Source: Pseudomonadota bacterium (GTDB taxonomy: Bacteria; Bdellovibrionota_B; Oligoflexia; Oligoflexales; CAIYRB01). Taken from it: a stretch of 64,000 nucleotides of DNA. The notes under the pieces are model-generated. The model was not told the DNA's origin. It worked only from the letters and a program-made list of their open reading frames with translations, and did not search any database. The stretch's first letter is position 1. Each line of letters opens with the position of its first letter. The stretch is from positions 184,614 through 248,613 of the forward strand of contig JAPLFY010000031.1 in NCBI GenBank assembly GCA_026390435.1, read 5' to 3'. Below, in pieces: positions 30,427 through 40,279 of the stretch. A program made the translations under genes and the position numbers.

Positions 30427-31290
30427 ATGCGCTTTAATTTGATCACGTCAAAAATACTAGCTCTGAGTCTAATTGCTGTGTGCACTTACCAGTGCAAGGG
30501 GGCCGGTACAAATCCTGATGGCAGCGCTGGCTCCACTGGCTCCGCTAATCCTGCAGCTACCGGCAGCTTCCTAGGGCAATGGACTGGCAAATATGCCAAC
30601 AAAGACAGCTCCGCTAGCCTAAATGAGACACCGGCCCGCGCAACTTTCACTGGTAACGAAGCGAAATCGGGAACCTTCCGAATTGAATTGACGCAAATCA
30701 CCAATGCTTTCATCGGCGGCAACTTCACGATAATCGACCAGACATCGTTGATGCTAGACATTCAACAATCAACCATTTCAACAATCGGCCTTGCCGGAAC
30801 TCAGGCATTGATAAATTACAGGCTGATCGGGAACACTTTCGAGCTGACGAATGATCAGGTGAAACTGAACTTCGCCCCAGATCTACACGCGTCTAGCAAT
30901 GAAGCTAACGCACAGCCAAATAATCAGCCAGCAGCTCCAAACAACAGTAGTGGGCAGGAAAGCGGCCAGACCGGTGGCAAACTGGACCCAATCGTTGGCA
31001 AATGGTTTTGCACAGACAAAGCCAACAACCAATGGCAACTGAACCTACGCACCGACAGTATGTTTTACATTGAAATCACTAATACAAGTTCGGGCCGTAG
31101 CGGGATTTGGTTAGCTGGCAATATGAACATCAGTCACGCGCAAGGCAAACCTGATGCGACCCTCAAAGTGACCACCAGTGCCATTGAAAAATATAATGGT
31201 ATGGATCTCGAAATTTTCTTACGTAGCGACACCGATATGGACATGATCCGAGTCGCCACAGGCGAAGAGATCCCTTGCACGCGCATCTAA
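30427..31290 (+). CDS. lipoprotein with two lipocalin-like lobes, function unknown
   Basis: 287 aa. Signal peptide plus Cys (CTYQC). Two ~100-aa lobes each starting GxW (LGQWTGKY, VGKWFCTD), separated by a low-complexity N/Q/P linker. Confidence 0.7.
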   Translation: MRFNLITSKILALSLIAVCTYQCKGAGTNPDGSAGSTGSANPAATGSFLGQWTGKYANKDSSASLNETPARATFTGNEAKSGTFRIELTQITNAFIGGNFTIIDQTSLMLDIQQSTISTIGLAGTQALINYRLIGNTFELTNDQVKLNFAPDLHASSNEANAQPNNQPAAPNNSSGQESGQTGGKLDPIVGKWFCTDKANNQWQLNLRTDSMFYIEITNTSSGRSGIWLAGNMNISHAQGKPDATLKVTTSAIEKYNGMDLEIFLRSDTDMDMIRVATGEEIPCTRI

Positions 31291-31312
31291 TCTAATGATT
31301 TCATCAAGGACT

Positions 31313-32740
31313 TCATAACGGAGTTAGGGCATCAAAAAACTGATTCAAGCCCAGGGTCACCCCTTGCGTCTGCGGGCCGACCAAACTCCATGCATAATCA
31401 ATACGAAGCATCAGCCTATAAACCTGGGGCACCGAGAACCGCATACCAATGCCCGCAGAAACTCGGCCATTCGTGCCAGCATCCTGCCAGCTTGCGCCGG
31501 CTGCACCCGCGTCAACGAAGGCAGCAGACTGTAACCACAAATATTTTGACTTCAGCTCCATGTGCCGCAGCTCGACATTAGTATATCCCGCATGAGTTCC
31601 GTACAAGACACTATCCGGGATGCCCCGGACTGTATCTAAGCCACCGAGAAAATATTCGCTCTGCAATGAATCGATCGTCGATGCGCCAATCATGGTCCGC
31701 ATCGCCAAATTCCAAGAAGGGCCTATCAACGAGAAATAGTATCCTTCGATTTCAGCAATACTCGCAGTCTTGCCACTCGCCACAACCGGACCAGCCCTTA
31801 CTCTTAGCCGACTACCTTGAAATTGAATTTGATCAACATGAATGTCATTAAATACTACCGTAGGAAGGAGTTTAAACAGGAAACGTGTCCGGTTACGCAC
31901 GAAAATTCCCGGGGGAGCTGCTGTGTCAGCAGAGGTTAAAGTACTCGCCTCGAATGAGCTTGGATTCTCTTTAACCAGCTCTATGTCTCCGCCCACACGC
32001 CAGGGATGGATTTGGGCCCCCGAATTGTTATCAATTGGCAACAAGAGTCGTAGGCGGTTCATCGCCATGTCACTATTAATTTGCCCTAATTGTCTGCCCT
32101 TACGATCAAAAACTTGCCGACGACGAAATTCACGCCAGAATTCTTCGCCAACATAATACCGGTCGGAATTACCACGGGGATCGCGCCCATAAACAACAAA
32201 TCCAGGTGCCGACGCACCGAATTGTCGCGCCTCAGCCCCGAACGTCAAGAGCCGCCCAAGTAGATTTATATCGTAAAAACCTAGCACTCGCATCGGTATG
32301 CCACCGCCGTAGGCGCCGCGCACCACAGGGATAGTGGTCCAACGTTCTTCTGCCTCTACGCGCAGAAAAAATTCATTCGCTGGTCCAGGGCGCGGTTCGA
32401 GACTGACCTTTACCTGGGTGAAAATAGCCGTCGTTGTTAACTTGCGTTCAAGTTCAGCAAGGTCACTTTGGGTAAGATCAGCCGGAAATTGATAGTCGAT
32501 ATAGCTGTTGAGCCAAGCCAGGTTGGTGCGAACTAGTCCGGAGGTGGTCAGTCCGACAACTTTGAACTTCACTTCGCGTGCTTCTTTTTCCTCTTCTTCT
32601 GCTGCTGTTACCTCTGCTTTCACAGGAGATGCCGCGACGACCTCAGCAACTGCCAAAGGTGGCGCCAAAAGCAGCCACAGCGAATTGATGAGAACACCGC
32701 AGTAAAAACTGCCCCAGCGTTTCTTAAAGATAACGGTCAT
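31313..32740 (-). CDS. Omp85-family outer-membrane protein (single POTRA-like domain + beta-barrel)
   Basis: 475 aa. Signal peptide. The N-terminal ~80-aa unit resembles POTRA and the C-terminal part resembles a surface-antigen barrel. Call by eye. Confidence 0.6.
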   Translation of the reverse strand: MTVIFKKRWGSFYCGVLINSLWLLLAPPLAVAEVVAASPVKAEVTAAEEEEKEAREVKFKVVGLTTSGLVRTNLAWLNSYIDYQFPADLTQSDLAELERKLTTTAIFTQVKVSLEPRPGPANEFFLRVEAEERWTTIPVVRGAYGGGIPMRVLGFYDINLLGRLLTFGAEARQFGASAPGFVVYGRDPRGNSDRYYVGEEFWREFRRRQVFDRKGRQLGQINSDMAMNRLRLLLPIDNNSGAQIHPWRVGGDIELVKENPSSFEASTLTSADTAAPPGIFVRNRTRFLFKLLPTVVFNDIHVDQIQFQGSRLRVRAGPVVASGKTASIAEIEGYYFSLIGPSWNLAMRTMIGASTIDSLQSEYFLGGLDTVRGIPDSVLYGTHAGYTNVELRHMELKSKYLWLQSAAFVDAGAAGASWQDAGTNGRVSAGIGMRFSVPQVYRLMLRIDYAWSLVGPQTQGVTLGLNQFFDALTPL

Positions 32741-33710
32741 CGGCGAGCAAATAGTTACGCACGTAATCAGCCACGCCGTCCTCTAAGCTAGTCATCGGCT
32801 CATGGTAGCCAGCTTTTTCTCTTAAACTGGTGAGCTTTGCCTCGGTGTGGTACTGATACTGATGGCGCAGAGCCTCTGGCATGTCAACAAACTCAAGACG
32901 AGGCGCCTTGTGATCTATTGCTGCAAATACTGCCCGCGCTAGGTCAGCAAAACTCCGGGCCTTGCCTGAGCCAATATTGTAAAGTCCGGATTGGGCTTTA
33001 GTTGCATTCTTAAACATATGGGCCATGATTTTTACGCAGTCTTTGACGTAAACGAAATCACGATTTTGCTCACCATCCGCATAACCATCTCGGTAAGATT
33101 TAAACAAACGGATAGTACCCGTTTTTTGAACTTGCGGTACAAACTGAGGGATCACGCTGGACTGACTGCCCTTATGATATTCTTGCGGGCCGTAGACATT
33201 GAAAAATTTTAGACCCGCCCAAAACGGCGGCATCTGTGTTTGCATTGTCACCCAATGATCAAACTTCTGCTTACTAAAACCGTAAGGATTTAGTGGGCGC
33301 AGCTTCGGCACCACCAAACGATCATCATCGAACCCTAAGTCACCCTCGCCGTAGGTCGCGGCAGATGAGGCATAGATAAAAGGGATTTTATTGCGAGTGC
33401 AGTAATTCCACAGCTTAATCGAGTAATTAAGATTGTTACTCATTAAGTAATCGCAGTCTGTCTCGGTGGTCGATGAGCTCGCACCGAGATGGAAAATCCC
33501 TTCGATTAGCGCGCCTTCAGACCCACGTTCCAACCATGCTAAAAAATCGTTCTTATGTATGAACGAATTGAAGGTGCGCTTATTGAGGTTCTGCCATTTG
33601 TTGCCAGTCCCCAGGTGATCTACCACCAACAGATGATTCAGACCCTGCGAATTAAGCTGCCAGAGAAGAGCGCTACCGATGAAGCCAGCACCGCCAGTCA
33701 CGATGATCAT
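32724..33710 (-). CDS. hldD: ADP-L-glycero-D-manno-heptose 6-epimerase
   Basis: MIIVTGGAGFIGS... with high by-eye identity to E. coli HldD/RfaD through IPFIYASSAATYG. Confidence 0.88.
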   Translation of the reverse strand: MIIVTGGAGFIGSALLWQLNSQGLNHLLVVDHLGTGNKWQNLNKRTFNSFIHKNDFLAWLERGSEGALIEGIFHLGASSSTTETDCDYLMSNNLNYSIKLWNYCTRNKIPFIYASSAATYGEGDLGFDDDRLVVPKLRPLNPYGFSKQKFDHWVTMQTQMPPFWAGLKFFNVYGPQEYHKGSQSSVIPQFVPQVQKTGTIRLFKSYRDGYADGEQNRDFVYVKDCVKIMAHMFKNATKAQSGLYNIGSGKARSFADLARAVFAAIDHKAPRLEFVDMPEALRHQYQYHTEAKLTSLREKAGYHEPMTSLEDGVADYVRNYLLADDRYL

Positions 33711-33822
33711 ATATTCTCCTAGGTAGACAGAATTATAAGTTTATTTGCATTATATTGTCAAAGGTCGACGGGCCTACATCGGCTCCGCCGCTTGCTTCCT
33801 TAACCATTACCGCGAGGCCATC

Positions 33823-36474
33823 TTGTCGCAACTCAAACGCCTCTTTGTCATCGACACTATGGCTCTTGCGTTCCGCAGCTTTTATGCTCTCGGTCGCAGC
33901 TCTCTCACTACGAACAGCGGCTTGCCAACCGGCGCCATTTACGGCTCCGCTCTTTTTATGCATAAGTTGCTAAGCGAGCAACAACCAGATTATCTCTTGG
34001 CAGTCACCGATACTCCCGAACCAACATTCCGGCACCAGCGTTACCCTGCGTATAAAGCTAATCGGGGCGAAATGCCCGAAGATCTCTCTCAGCAGATTCC
34101 CTACATTTTTTGTCTTTTGCAGCATCTTCGCTGCCCTTTACTCAAAGTGCCCGGAGTTGAGGCCGATGATGTCATAGGGACTGTTGCTAAGCGTTTCGCT
34201 GGTCCTGACCTCGCAGTCTACATAGTCTCAGGTGACAAAGACTTTATGCAGATTGTCGATGATCGAATTTTGATGTTCGTCCCTAAAAAGAACGAAGACG
34301 CCATCATCGTCGATCCAGCCGCTGTTCGCGAGCGCTTTCACTGTACGCCAGATCAAGTGATCGATGTCCTGGCCCTAATCGGAGATGCCGTAGACAACGT
34401 CCCTGGCGTCCACGGAATAGGAGAAAAAGGGGCAGCTAAGTTAATCGAGACTTACGGCTCCTTGTCCGGCATTTACGAGCGCCTTGATGAGATTAGTGCG
34501 AAGAAGCAGCGCGAAGCCTTAATTGCTGATCGGGAAAATGCCTTTCTGTCACGAGAGCTCGTCACTCTTAAAACAGATTTAGACCTTCCGATCAGCCTCG
34601 ACCAAACAATTTGTCATTGGCAGCAATCGGCCGCAAATCCGGAATTACTTAGCTTTTATCAAGAGCTAGGTTTTAAGTCCCTAAGCCAAAAAGTAAAGTC
34701 GGTGCTCGGAGAGTCCGCCCTGGCCTCTACCCCAGAATCACAGCTGATTCATCATTCAGCACTGTCATTCACCGAAGTGCTAGACGACGATACTGCTCAA
34801 AAACTCTATGATGCGGCGGCATCAGCGCGCGAAATCTTCATCACTGTCGCTACTTCAGGATCTGATGTGGTCGCTGACAAGGCGATAAATCTCGCACTGA
34901 TCACCGATCTGGGAAACGCTTTTCAACTGCCTCTCAGCGAGGCAGGAATATACTATGCACGCCAAATTTTATCTGGGTCAGCAACCAAAGTAGCGCATGG
35001 ATGGAAGCTAGCGATTGAGATGCTGCTCAATATCGGCATTGATGTCAAAGCACCGTACGTTGATTTGGAAATCTGTGACTACTTGATCGACCCAAATCAC
35101 TACGACCATGGCCTAAATTCTTTAGCCCAGCGCTATTTGGATAGGTCGGAACTTCCCAATACTCTAATGGAACAAACAGTCTTACTATCTGAGCTACATA
35201 AAGTTATCGCACCGCGGATCAATGAACTCAGTCTAAATCACGTGCTCTCCGTCATCGAAATGCCCTTAGTGCCAGTACTAGCAGACATGGAACGCACGGG
35301 TGTATTTATCGATGCTGAATACCTAGCAAGCTACTCTGACGAGCTCTCCATCGTGGCTAAGACTCTCGAAGAACAAATCTACGAGTCCGCTGGCGGAGCC
35401 TTTAATATTAACTCCTCGAAACAGCTGCAGGAATTACTCTACACCAGGCTTAAGCTGCACGAGCTTGCAGGCTTGAAACGGCTGAAGAAGACTAAGACCG
35501 GATTTTCCACGGATGAATCTGTGCTTTCCCAACTGGCGCCGTCTCACCCGATTCCAGACCTCATCCTTCAATACCGGACAGTCACCAAACTTAAGAGCAC
35601 GTATGTAGACGCGCTACCACAATTCTTAAATGCCCGCTCTCACCGGATTCATACCCACTTTAATCAAACGGTGGCTGCGACCGGACGACTCAGCTCAGAT
35701 AAACCAAACCTACAAAATATACCGAATCAATCACCCCTTGGTCGCCGCATCAGAAAAGCCTTCAAACCACCCGAGGCTGATGCCGTATTAATCTCTGCCG
35801 ATTATTCACAAGTTGAAATTCGCCTACTTGCGCACTTAGCAGAGGCGACCGATCTAATCGCAGCATTCAAGCTGGGCCTGGACGTGCACCGCGTCACGGC
35901 CGCCAAGATTTTCGGTATTCCGGAGGCAGACGTCAGCTCGGAACTTCGCTCACAAGCCAAAGCCGTCAACTTTGGTATTATTTATGGCATGGGGCCGCAG
36001 CGGCTGGCGGCACAAACGGGAGTCACACTCGCTGCAGCCAAGGACTTTATCAGCCGATACTTTGAAGTATATCCGGGCATCAAAAGCTATACGGCAGAGC
36101 TGGTAAAGAGCGCGCGGGCCACCGGCTACTGCGTCACCATGTTTGGTCGCCGTCGACCTATCCCCGAGCTTCGCGATGGCAACCAAGCCATCCAAAACAG
36201 AGGAGAAAACATCGCCGTTAACGCCCCCATACAGGGCAGTGCTGCCGACCTTATCAAACTAGCCATGATTAAAGTCCATCACGCTCTGAAGGCACATCGG
36301 CTTCAGACCAAAATGCTGTTGCAAGTGCATGACGAACTGGTGTTCAGCGCTCCTGAGTCCGAGGTCGAGGCAGTTGTGCCAATGATCCGTGACTGCATGG
36401 AGAACGCAATCACCACCCGAGTCCCGCTGAAAGTTGATATCAGCTGGGGTCCCGACTGGTTAGCAGCACACTAG
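33823..36474 (+). CDS. polA: DNA polymerase I
   Basis: Motif A ISADYSQVEIRLLAH, motif B RSQAKAVNFGIIYGMG, motif C QVHDELVF, plus an N-terminal 5'-nuclease. The ORF track starts at TTG 33745. TTG 33823 has a GAGG SD and gives MSQLKRLFVID. Confidence 0.95.
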   Translation: MSQLKRLFVIDTMALAFRSFYALGRSSLTTNSGLPTGAIYGSALFMHKLLSEQQPDYLLAVTDTPEPTFRHQRYPAYKANRGEMPEDLSQQIPYIFCLLQHLRCPLLKVPGVEADDVIGTVAKRFAGPDLAVYIVSGDKDFMQIVDDRILMFVPKKNEDAIIVDPAAVRERFHCTPDQVIDVLALIGDAVDNVPGVHGIGEKGAAKLIETYGSLSGIYERLDEISAKKQREALIADRENAFLSRELVTLKTDLDLPISLDQTICHWQQSAANPELLSFYQELGFKSLSQKVKSVLGESALASTPESQLIHHSALSFTEVLDDDTAQKLYDAAASAREIFITVATSGSDVVADKAINLALITDLGNAFQLPLSEAGIYYARQILSGSATKVAHGWKLAIEMLLNIGIDVKAPYVDLEICDYLIDPNHYDHGLNSLAQRYLDRSELPNTLMEQTVLLSELHKVIAPRINELSLNHVLSVIEMPLVPVLADMERTGVFIDAEYLASYSDELSIVAKTLEEQIYESAGGAFNINSSKQLQELLYTRLKLHELAGLKRLKKTKTGFSTDESVLSQLAPSHPIPDLILQYRTVTKLKSTYVDALPQFLNARSHRIHTHFNQTVAATGRLSSDKPNLQNIPNQSPLGRRIRKAFKPPEADAVLISADYSQVEIRLLAHLAEATDLIAAFKLGLDVHRVTAAKIFGIPEADVSSELRSQAKAVNFGIIYGMGPQRLAAQTGVTLAAAKDFISRYFEVYPGIKSYTAELVKSARATGYCVTMFGRRRPIPELRDGNQAIQNRGENIAVNAPIQGSAADLIKLAMIKVHHALKAHRLQTKMLLQVHDELVFSAPESEVEAVVPMIRDCMENAITTRVPLKVDISWGPDWLAAH

Positions 36475-36496
36475 TCTGAGGCTATTGCGCCTGAAA

Positions 36497-37438
36497 CTAA
36501 TTAACCTGATGCAAGAAAGCCAGGTCCAGACCTGCCGATTGCTCAATTGCTGAGAGCGATGTTTTGAAACGCTCCCAATCAGACTCCATGCTTCGCGCGC
36601 TTAGCGATTCAGTAAAACCATGCGAGTCTTCACATGCCTGTTCGTGGTCGGTAATGGGGTCCGTGCCGTTCGATGTCACGTTTGGCATCAGAACCGAGGC
36701 TATCACCTGCGGCCTGCCGTTTTTGTTCATCTTGAAGACGATCTTGAAATTGTGCGACGGCACATCAATGTCATTGTCAGGTCCGATGTGCCCTGGGTCT
36801 TCGGCGAAAACTGGACCGGCTACAATGTAGAGAGTGTCATTCGTACCGCGCACTAAATTGCGCGCATGATGTTCGAGGTGTTGCCAGGAAACCCGATTAA
36901 GGTTGGCCGTCTGCGGCATCATGTTAGACATCAGAAACGTCTGACTATTGTCTGACACGCTCAGTGTCCGGTCAGCTGACGGAATCAAGTGGCCACGATC
37001 GAAACAACTGCCCTGGTACTCTTCAGGCTCGACTGCTCGGCCGACTCCGCGCTGATGCAAGTGCCTTTCCAGTTCAGGATCGACAGCGAAGTTATTTTGC
37101 CTTTGGACATTGCCCATGTCCGCACTGCTAAGTCGCCAAGCGACATAGTTTGGCTGCCGATGCTGATGGTTCCAGGAAATGACATACTGCTTGCGAGAGA
37201 TCAAAACTTCTGGAGAGCTGCTGACCGAAGGAATACCCACCCCGACGTTTGGGTTGCTGTCGAGAGGCAGATCACCGATGAGTTTACTAATGCTGGCGGT
37301 TGAGGTCGGGAAGGCTTTCGGGTCGGCTTTACCGGTCGCTAGGCGACTTACGGAGCCATTTTGACCACATGCGATGCTAAGTCCCAAAATAAAGCTACAA
37401 CAAGCACGCTGTAGGCAACAGAGAACCCGGGCATCCAT
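36497..37438 (-). CDS. secreted/lipoprotein DNA/RNA non-specific endonuclease (beta-beta-alpha-Me, DRGH family)
   Basis: 313 aa. Lipobox LSIAC. Active-site FDRGHLIPSADR. Confidence 0.8.
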   Translation of the reverse strand: MDARVLCCLQRACCSFILGLSIACGQNGSVSRLATGKADPKAFPTSTASISKLIGDLPLDSNPNVGVGIPSVSSSPEVLISRKQYVISWNHQHRQPNYVAWRLSSADMGNVQRQNNFAVDPELERHLHQRGVGRAVEPEEYQGSCFDRGHLIPSADRTLSVSDNSQTFLMSNMMPQTANLNRVSWQHLEHHARNLVRGTNDTLYIVAGPVFAEDPGHIGPDNDIDVPSHNFKIVFKMNKNGRPQVIASVLMPNVTSNGTDPITDHEQACEDSHGFTESLSARSMESDWERFKTSLSAIEQSAGLDLAFLHQVN

Positions 37439-37599
37439 AGCACCTCCGAAAAATTTGGAGTGATGATGTCGTCCGACGACCTATCAAAGGTGTAGCATTT
37501 ATCTTGGCTAACCGTCCAGAGTGCGGCTCCCTAAACCAACAGAATTTTATGTTAAATTTATTTTAATCGGGATTTTGCCGAGGGCGACCAACCCGCAAA

Positions 37600-38370
37600 T
37601 TAAGCCAACTCAAGGACCACAGGTGCGTGATCAGAGGGCTTTTCGCCCTTGCGCTCATCCCGATCGACGTAGCATCGGCCGAACTGCTCGCACACCGGCA
37701 GGCTGGCGAGCAACAGGTCAATCCGCAGGCCGTGGTTCTTTTGGAACCCTAACATACGGTAATCCCACCAAGTAAATGCGGTCTCCTGGGGGTGGAGGTG
37801 ACGGTATGCATCAACCAGACCAAGGTCCATGGTGGCGGCAAGTGCGGCCCGCTCGCGCTCCGAGCACAAGATCTTACCCTCCCACTGAGCTGCGTCATGG
37901 GTATCCATAGGCCGCGGTGCGATATTGAAGTCACCGGCCAGGATCATCCGATCAGTCGGCCGATGGTGCTCCTGGAGGTAGCGCTGCATCCTAGATAACC
38001 AGTTGAGTTTATAGAAGTATTTATCAGACCCTACAGCTTGGCCGTTAGGCACATAGGCCGACATCACGGTTAAATCGCCAAAACGCCCACTAATAAACCT
38101 CGCTTGAGGGTCGTCAACACCGTCACCAAATCCGCGGACGACACCCTCTGCCGGCCTACGGCTAAGTAGTGCGACTCCATTGAAGGCCTTCTGGCCATAG
38201 ACGGCGGCATGATAGCCGGCGGCCTCCACCTCGGCGAAGGGAAAGCTTTCATCCACACACTTTAGCTCCTGCAAGCAAATCACATCAGGTGCCATCCGCT
38301 CAAGAAGGGCAAGCAAGCGAGACAGACGCTGACCAACAGAGTTAACGTTCCAAGTGACGATTTTTTGCAT
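37600..38370 (-). CDS. xthA: exodeoxyribonuclease III
   Basis: 256 aa. MQKIVTWNVNS start, CLQELK, C-terminal SDHAPVVLEL. Confidence 0.9.
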   Translation of the reverse strand: MQKIVTWNVNSVGQRLSRLLALLERMAPDVICLQELKCVDESFPFAEVEAAGYHAAVYGQKAFNGVALLSRRPAEGVVRGFGDGVDDPQARFISGRFGDLTVMSAYVPNGQAVGSDKYFYKLNWLSRMQRYLQEHHRPTDRMILAGDFNIAPRPMDTHDAAQWEGKILCSERERAALAATMDLGLVDAYRHLHPQETAFTWWDYRMLGFQKNHGLRIDLLLASLPVCEQFGRCYVDRDERKGEKPSDHAPVVLELA

Positions 38371-38409
38371 GGGCAGAACCTAAGCGCTACGGGTTAAGCT
38401 ATCGGTACT

Positions 38410-38456
38410 AGTTTCAGTTCAAAGGGTTCGGAGCTGCTCACAGTTTCATAGTTGAA
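38410..38456 (+). repeat. subterminal direct repeats in IS left end (candidate TnpA binding sites)
   Basis: AGTTTCAGTTCAA (38410-38422) and AGTTTCATAGTTGAA (38442-38456), 32 bp apart. Confidence 0.6.
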
Positions 38457-38486
38457 TATTATTATTTATAGTCATATATATCAATA

Positions 38487-39059
38487 ATGAAGCTTTCCGT
38501 TTGGGCAAAATCGAAAGGGATCTCTTATCAGACTGCATGGCGTATGTGGCAGCAAGGCAAGCTACCTTTGCCAGCCACACAGCTGCCAACTGGCACCATT
38601 ATCGTTGAGCAAAATGTCGCCCCAAGCCCTGGAGCGGTAGCGATTTATGCGCGAGTAAGTTCTCATGACCAGAAGACTGATCTTGAGCGCCAAGTCGGTC
38701 GCTTGACTAGTTATGCCGTCGGCAGACAATTGCCGGTTACCGCTGTCATCACGGAAGTTGCCTCGGGTTTAAACGGTAGACGGCCGCGACTGCTGAAATT
38801 GCTAGCTGATCCAACCATCGAGTTTATTATCGTTGAGCATCGCGAGCGGCTCGGCCGCTTCGCCTTCGAGTATATTGAGATGTCACTGGCATCCGCGGGA
38901 CGAAAGCTTATAGTGGTCGACGAACAAGAAATCGACGACGATTTAGTTCAAGACATGGTCGATATCCTGACGAGTTTTTGTGCGCGGTTATACGGGCGTC
39001 GCGGTGCTAAACATCGTGCCCATAAAGCGGCCACTGCCGCAGCGGATGCAGATCCTTGA
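38487..39059 (+). CDS. tnpA: IS607-family serine recombinase/transposase TnpA
   Basis: 190 aa. N-terminal MerR-like HTH (GISYQTAWRMWQQGKLP). Catalytic IYARVSSHDQ. Resolvase-like core. Confidence 0.9.
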   Translation: MKLSVWAKSKGISYQTAWRMWQQGKLPLPATQLPTGTIIVEQNVAPSPGAVAIYARVSSHDQKTDLERQVGRLTSYAVGRQLPVTAVITEVASGLNGRRPRLLKLLADPTIEFIIVEHRERLGRFAFEYIEMSLASAGRKLIVVDEQEIDDDLVQDMVDILTSFCARLYGRRGAKHRAHKAATAAADADP

Positions 39060-40279
39060 TTATTGCTCATAAGATTGCTCTGAAGCTCAACGTGCAGCAG
39101 CGCATCTACTGCGCCCGTGGTGCTGGTACCGCTAGGTTCGCGTGGAACTGGGCGCTGCATGAGTGGAAGCAAAGCTACGAGGCCGGTGAAAAAGTGAGTG
39201 AAGCCGGCCTTCGCAAAAGGCTTAATGCGATTAAGCGCGAGCAATTCCCGTGGATGTTTGAGGTCACTAAGGTGGCACCTCAGCAAGCTATTAAAAATCT
39301 CGGGACGGCATTCACGCGATTTTTTACGGGCAAATCCCAATACCCACAACCCAAGCGCAAAGGCCAGCACGACAGTTTTAGGGCGGACAACGGCCCGGGT
39401 ACCTTCGCCGTGGTCGGACGGCGTCTTAAGTTGCCAGTCGTCGGTGTCATCAAGATGCGCGAGGAGCTGCGCTTTAGCGGTAAACCAATATCCGTTACCA
39501 TTTCACGCGAAGCCGACCGATGGTTTGCCGCCATTGCGGTGGAAGTTGCCATGGACATTGCCATGGAAGTCGAGCACACCACGCAGACCAGTGAAAATCA
39601 AGCTGTCTGCGGTGTCGATCTCGGTATTAGTCGGCTTGCGACCATTAGTGACGGTACCATCTATCAAGCAACCCATGCGTTGAGACGGGAGATTCGGAAA
39701 CTTAGGCGAGGCTCACGGCGCCTGAGCCGCAAGCAAAAGGGGTCCAAAAATCGAGACAAGGCAAAGCACCGGCTGGCAAAGCTGCACGCAAGAATTGTCC
39801 ACGTCAGACGCGACAGCCTGCATAAATTGACTACTGATCTAACGCGACGATTTGCCACCGTCGTCATCGAAGACTTGAACGTTAAGGGGATGATGGCAAA
39901 CCGCAAATTAGCTCGCGCCATCGCTGACGTCGGGATGTATGAGTTTCGCAGGCAGCTCAGTTACAAGGCCGAGATGCGGGGCGTTAGGGTTGTGGTTGCA
40001 GATCGCTTCTTTCCGTCGTCACAGCTGTGTTCGACCCCGGGCTGCGAGGGGCGCGCCGTCGGCTTAGGGCTGGCAGTGCGCAGTTGGACCTGCAACTTCT
40101 GCAACGCCACCCATGACCGTGATCTCAATGCAGCAAAGAATTTGGAACGCTATAGTACGGTGAGTTCCACCGGAATTAACGCCTGCGGAGCTGGGAGTTC
40201 CGTCGCACCTGGGCAACTAGGCAGACGTAGCCCAGCGCTGAAGCAGGAATCTAATGTAGTAATAAATGACTATACTTAG
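39056..40279 (+). CDS. tnpB: TnpB (RuvC-type RNA-guided endonuclease, OMEGA family)
   Basis: 407 aa. RuvC I GVDLGISR, RuvC II VVIEDLN, RuvC III HDRDLNAAKN. Zinc finger CSTPGC...CNFC. TTG start overlaps the tnpA stop (TTGA). Confidence 0.9.
   Translation: MIIAHKIALKLNVQQRIYCARGAGTARFAWNWALHEWKQSYEAGEKVSEAGLRKRLNAIKREQFPWMFEVTKVAPQQAIKNLGTAFTRFFTGKSQYPQPKRKGQHDSFRADNGPGTFAVVGRRLKLPVVGVIKMREELRFSGKPISVTISREADRWFAAIAVEVAMDIAMEVEHTTQTSENQAVCGVDLGISRLATISDGTIYQATHALRREIRKLRRGSRRLSRKQKGSKNRDKAKHRLAKLHARIVHVRRDSLHKLTTDLTRRFATVVIEDLNVKGMMANRKLARAIADVGMYEFRRQLSYKAEMRGVRVVVADRFFPSSQLCSTPGCEGRAVGLGLAVRSWTCNFCNATHDRDLNAAKNLERYSTVSSTGINACGAGSSVAPGQLGRRSPALKQESNVVINDYT

Noticed and set aside
38948-39683. 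Alternative-frame (39198-39683, +) and antisense (38948-39370, -) ORFs inside tnpA/tnpB
   Set aside because: The annotated frames carry complete recombinase and RuvC motifs. The overlapping ORFs have biased Arg/Ser/Pro composition typical of off-frame reading.
39056-40279. TnpB as a domesticated nuclease-dead RNA-guided repressor (TldR-like), given the flagellar cluster 6 kb away
   Set aside because: All three RuvC catalytic residues and the zinc finger are intact. A cognate tnpA and IS end repeats are present. The flagellar genes are separated from it by unrelated operons.
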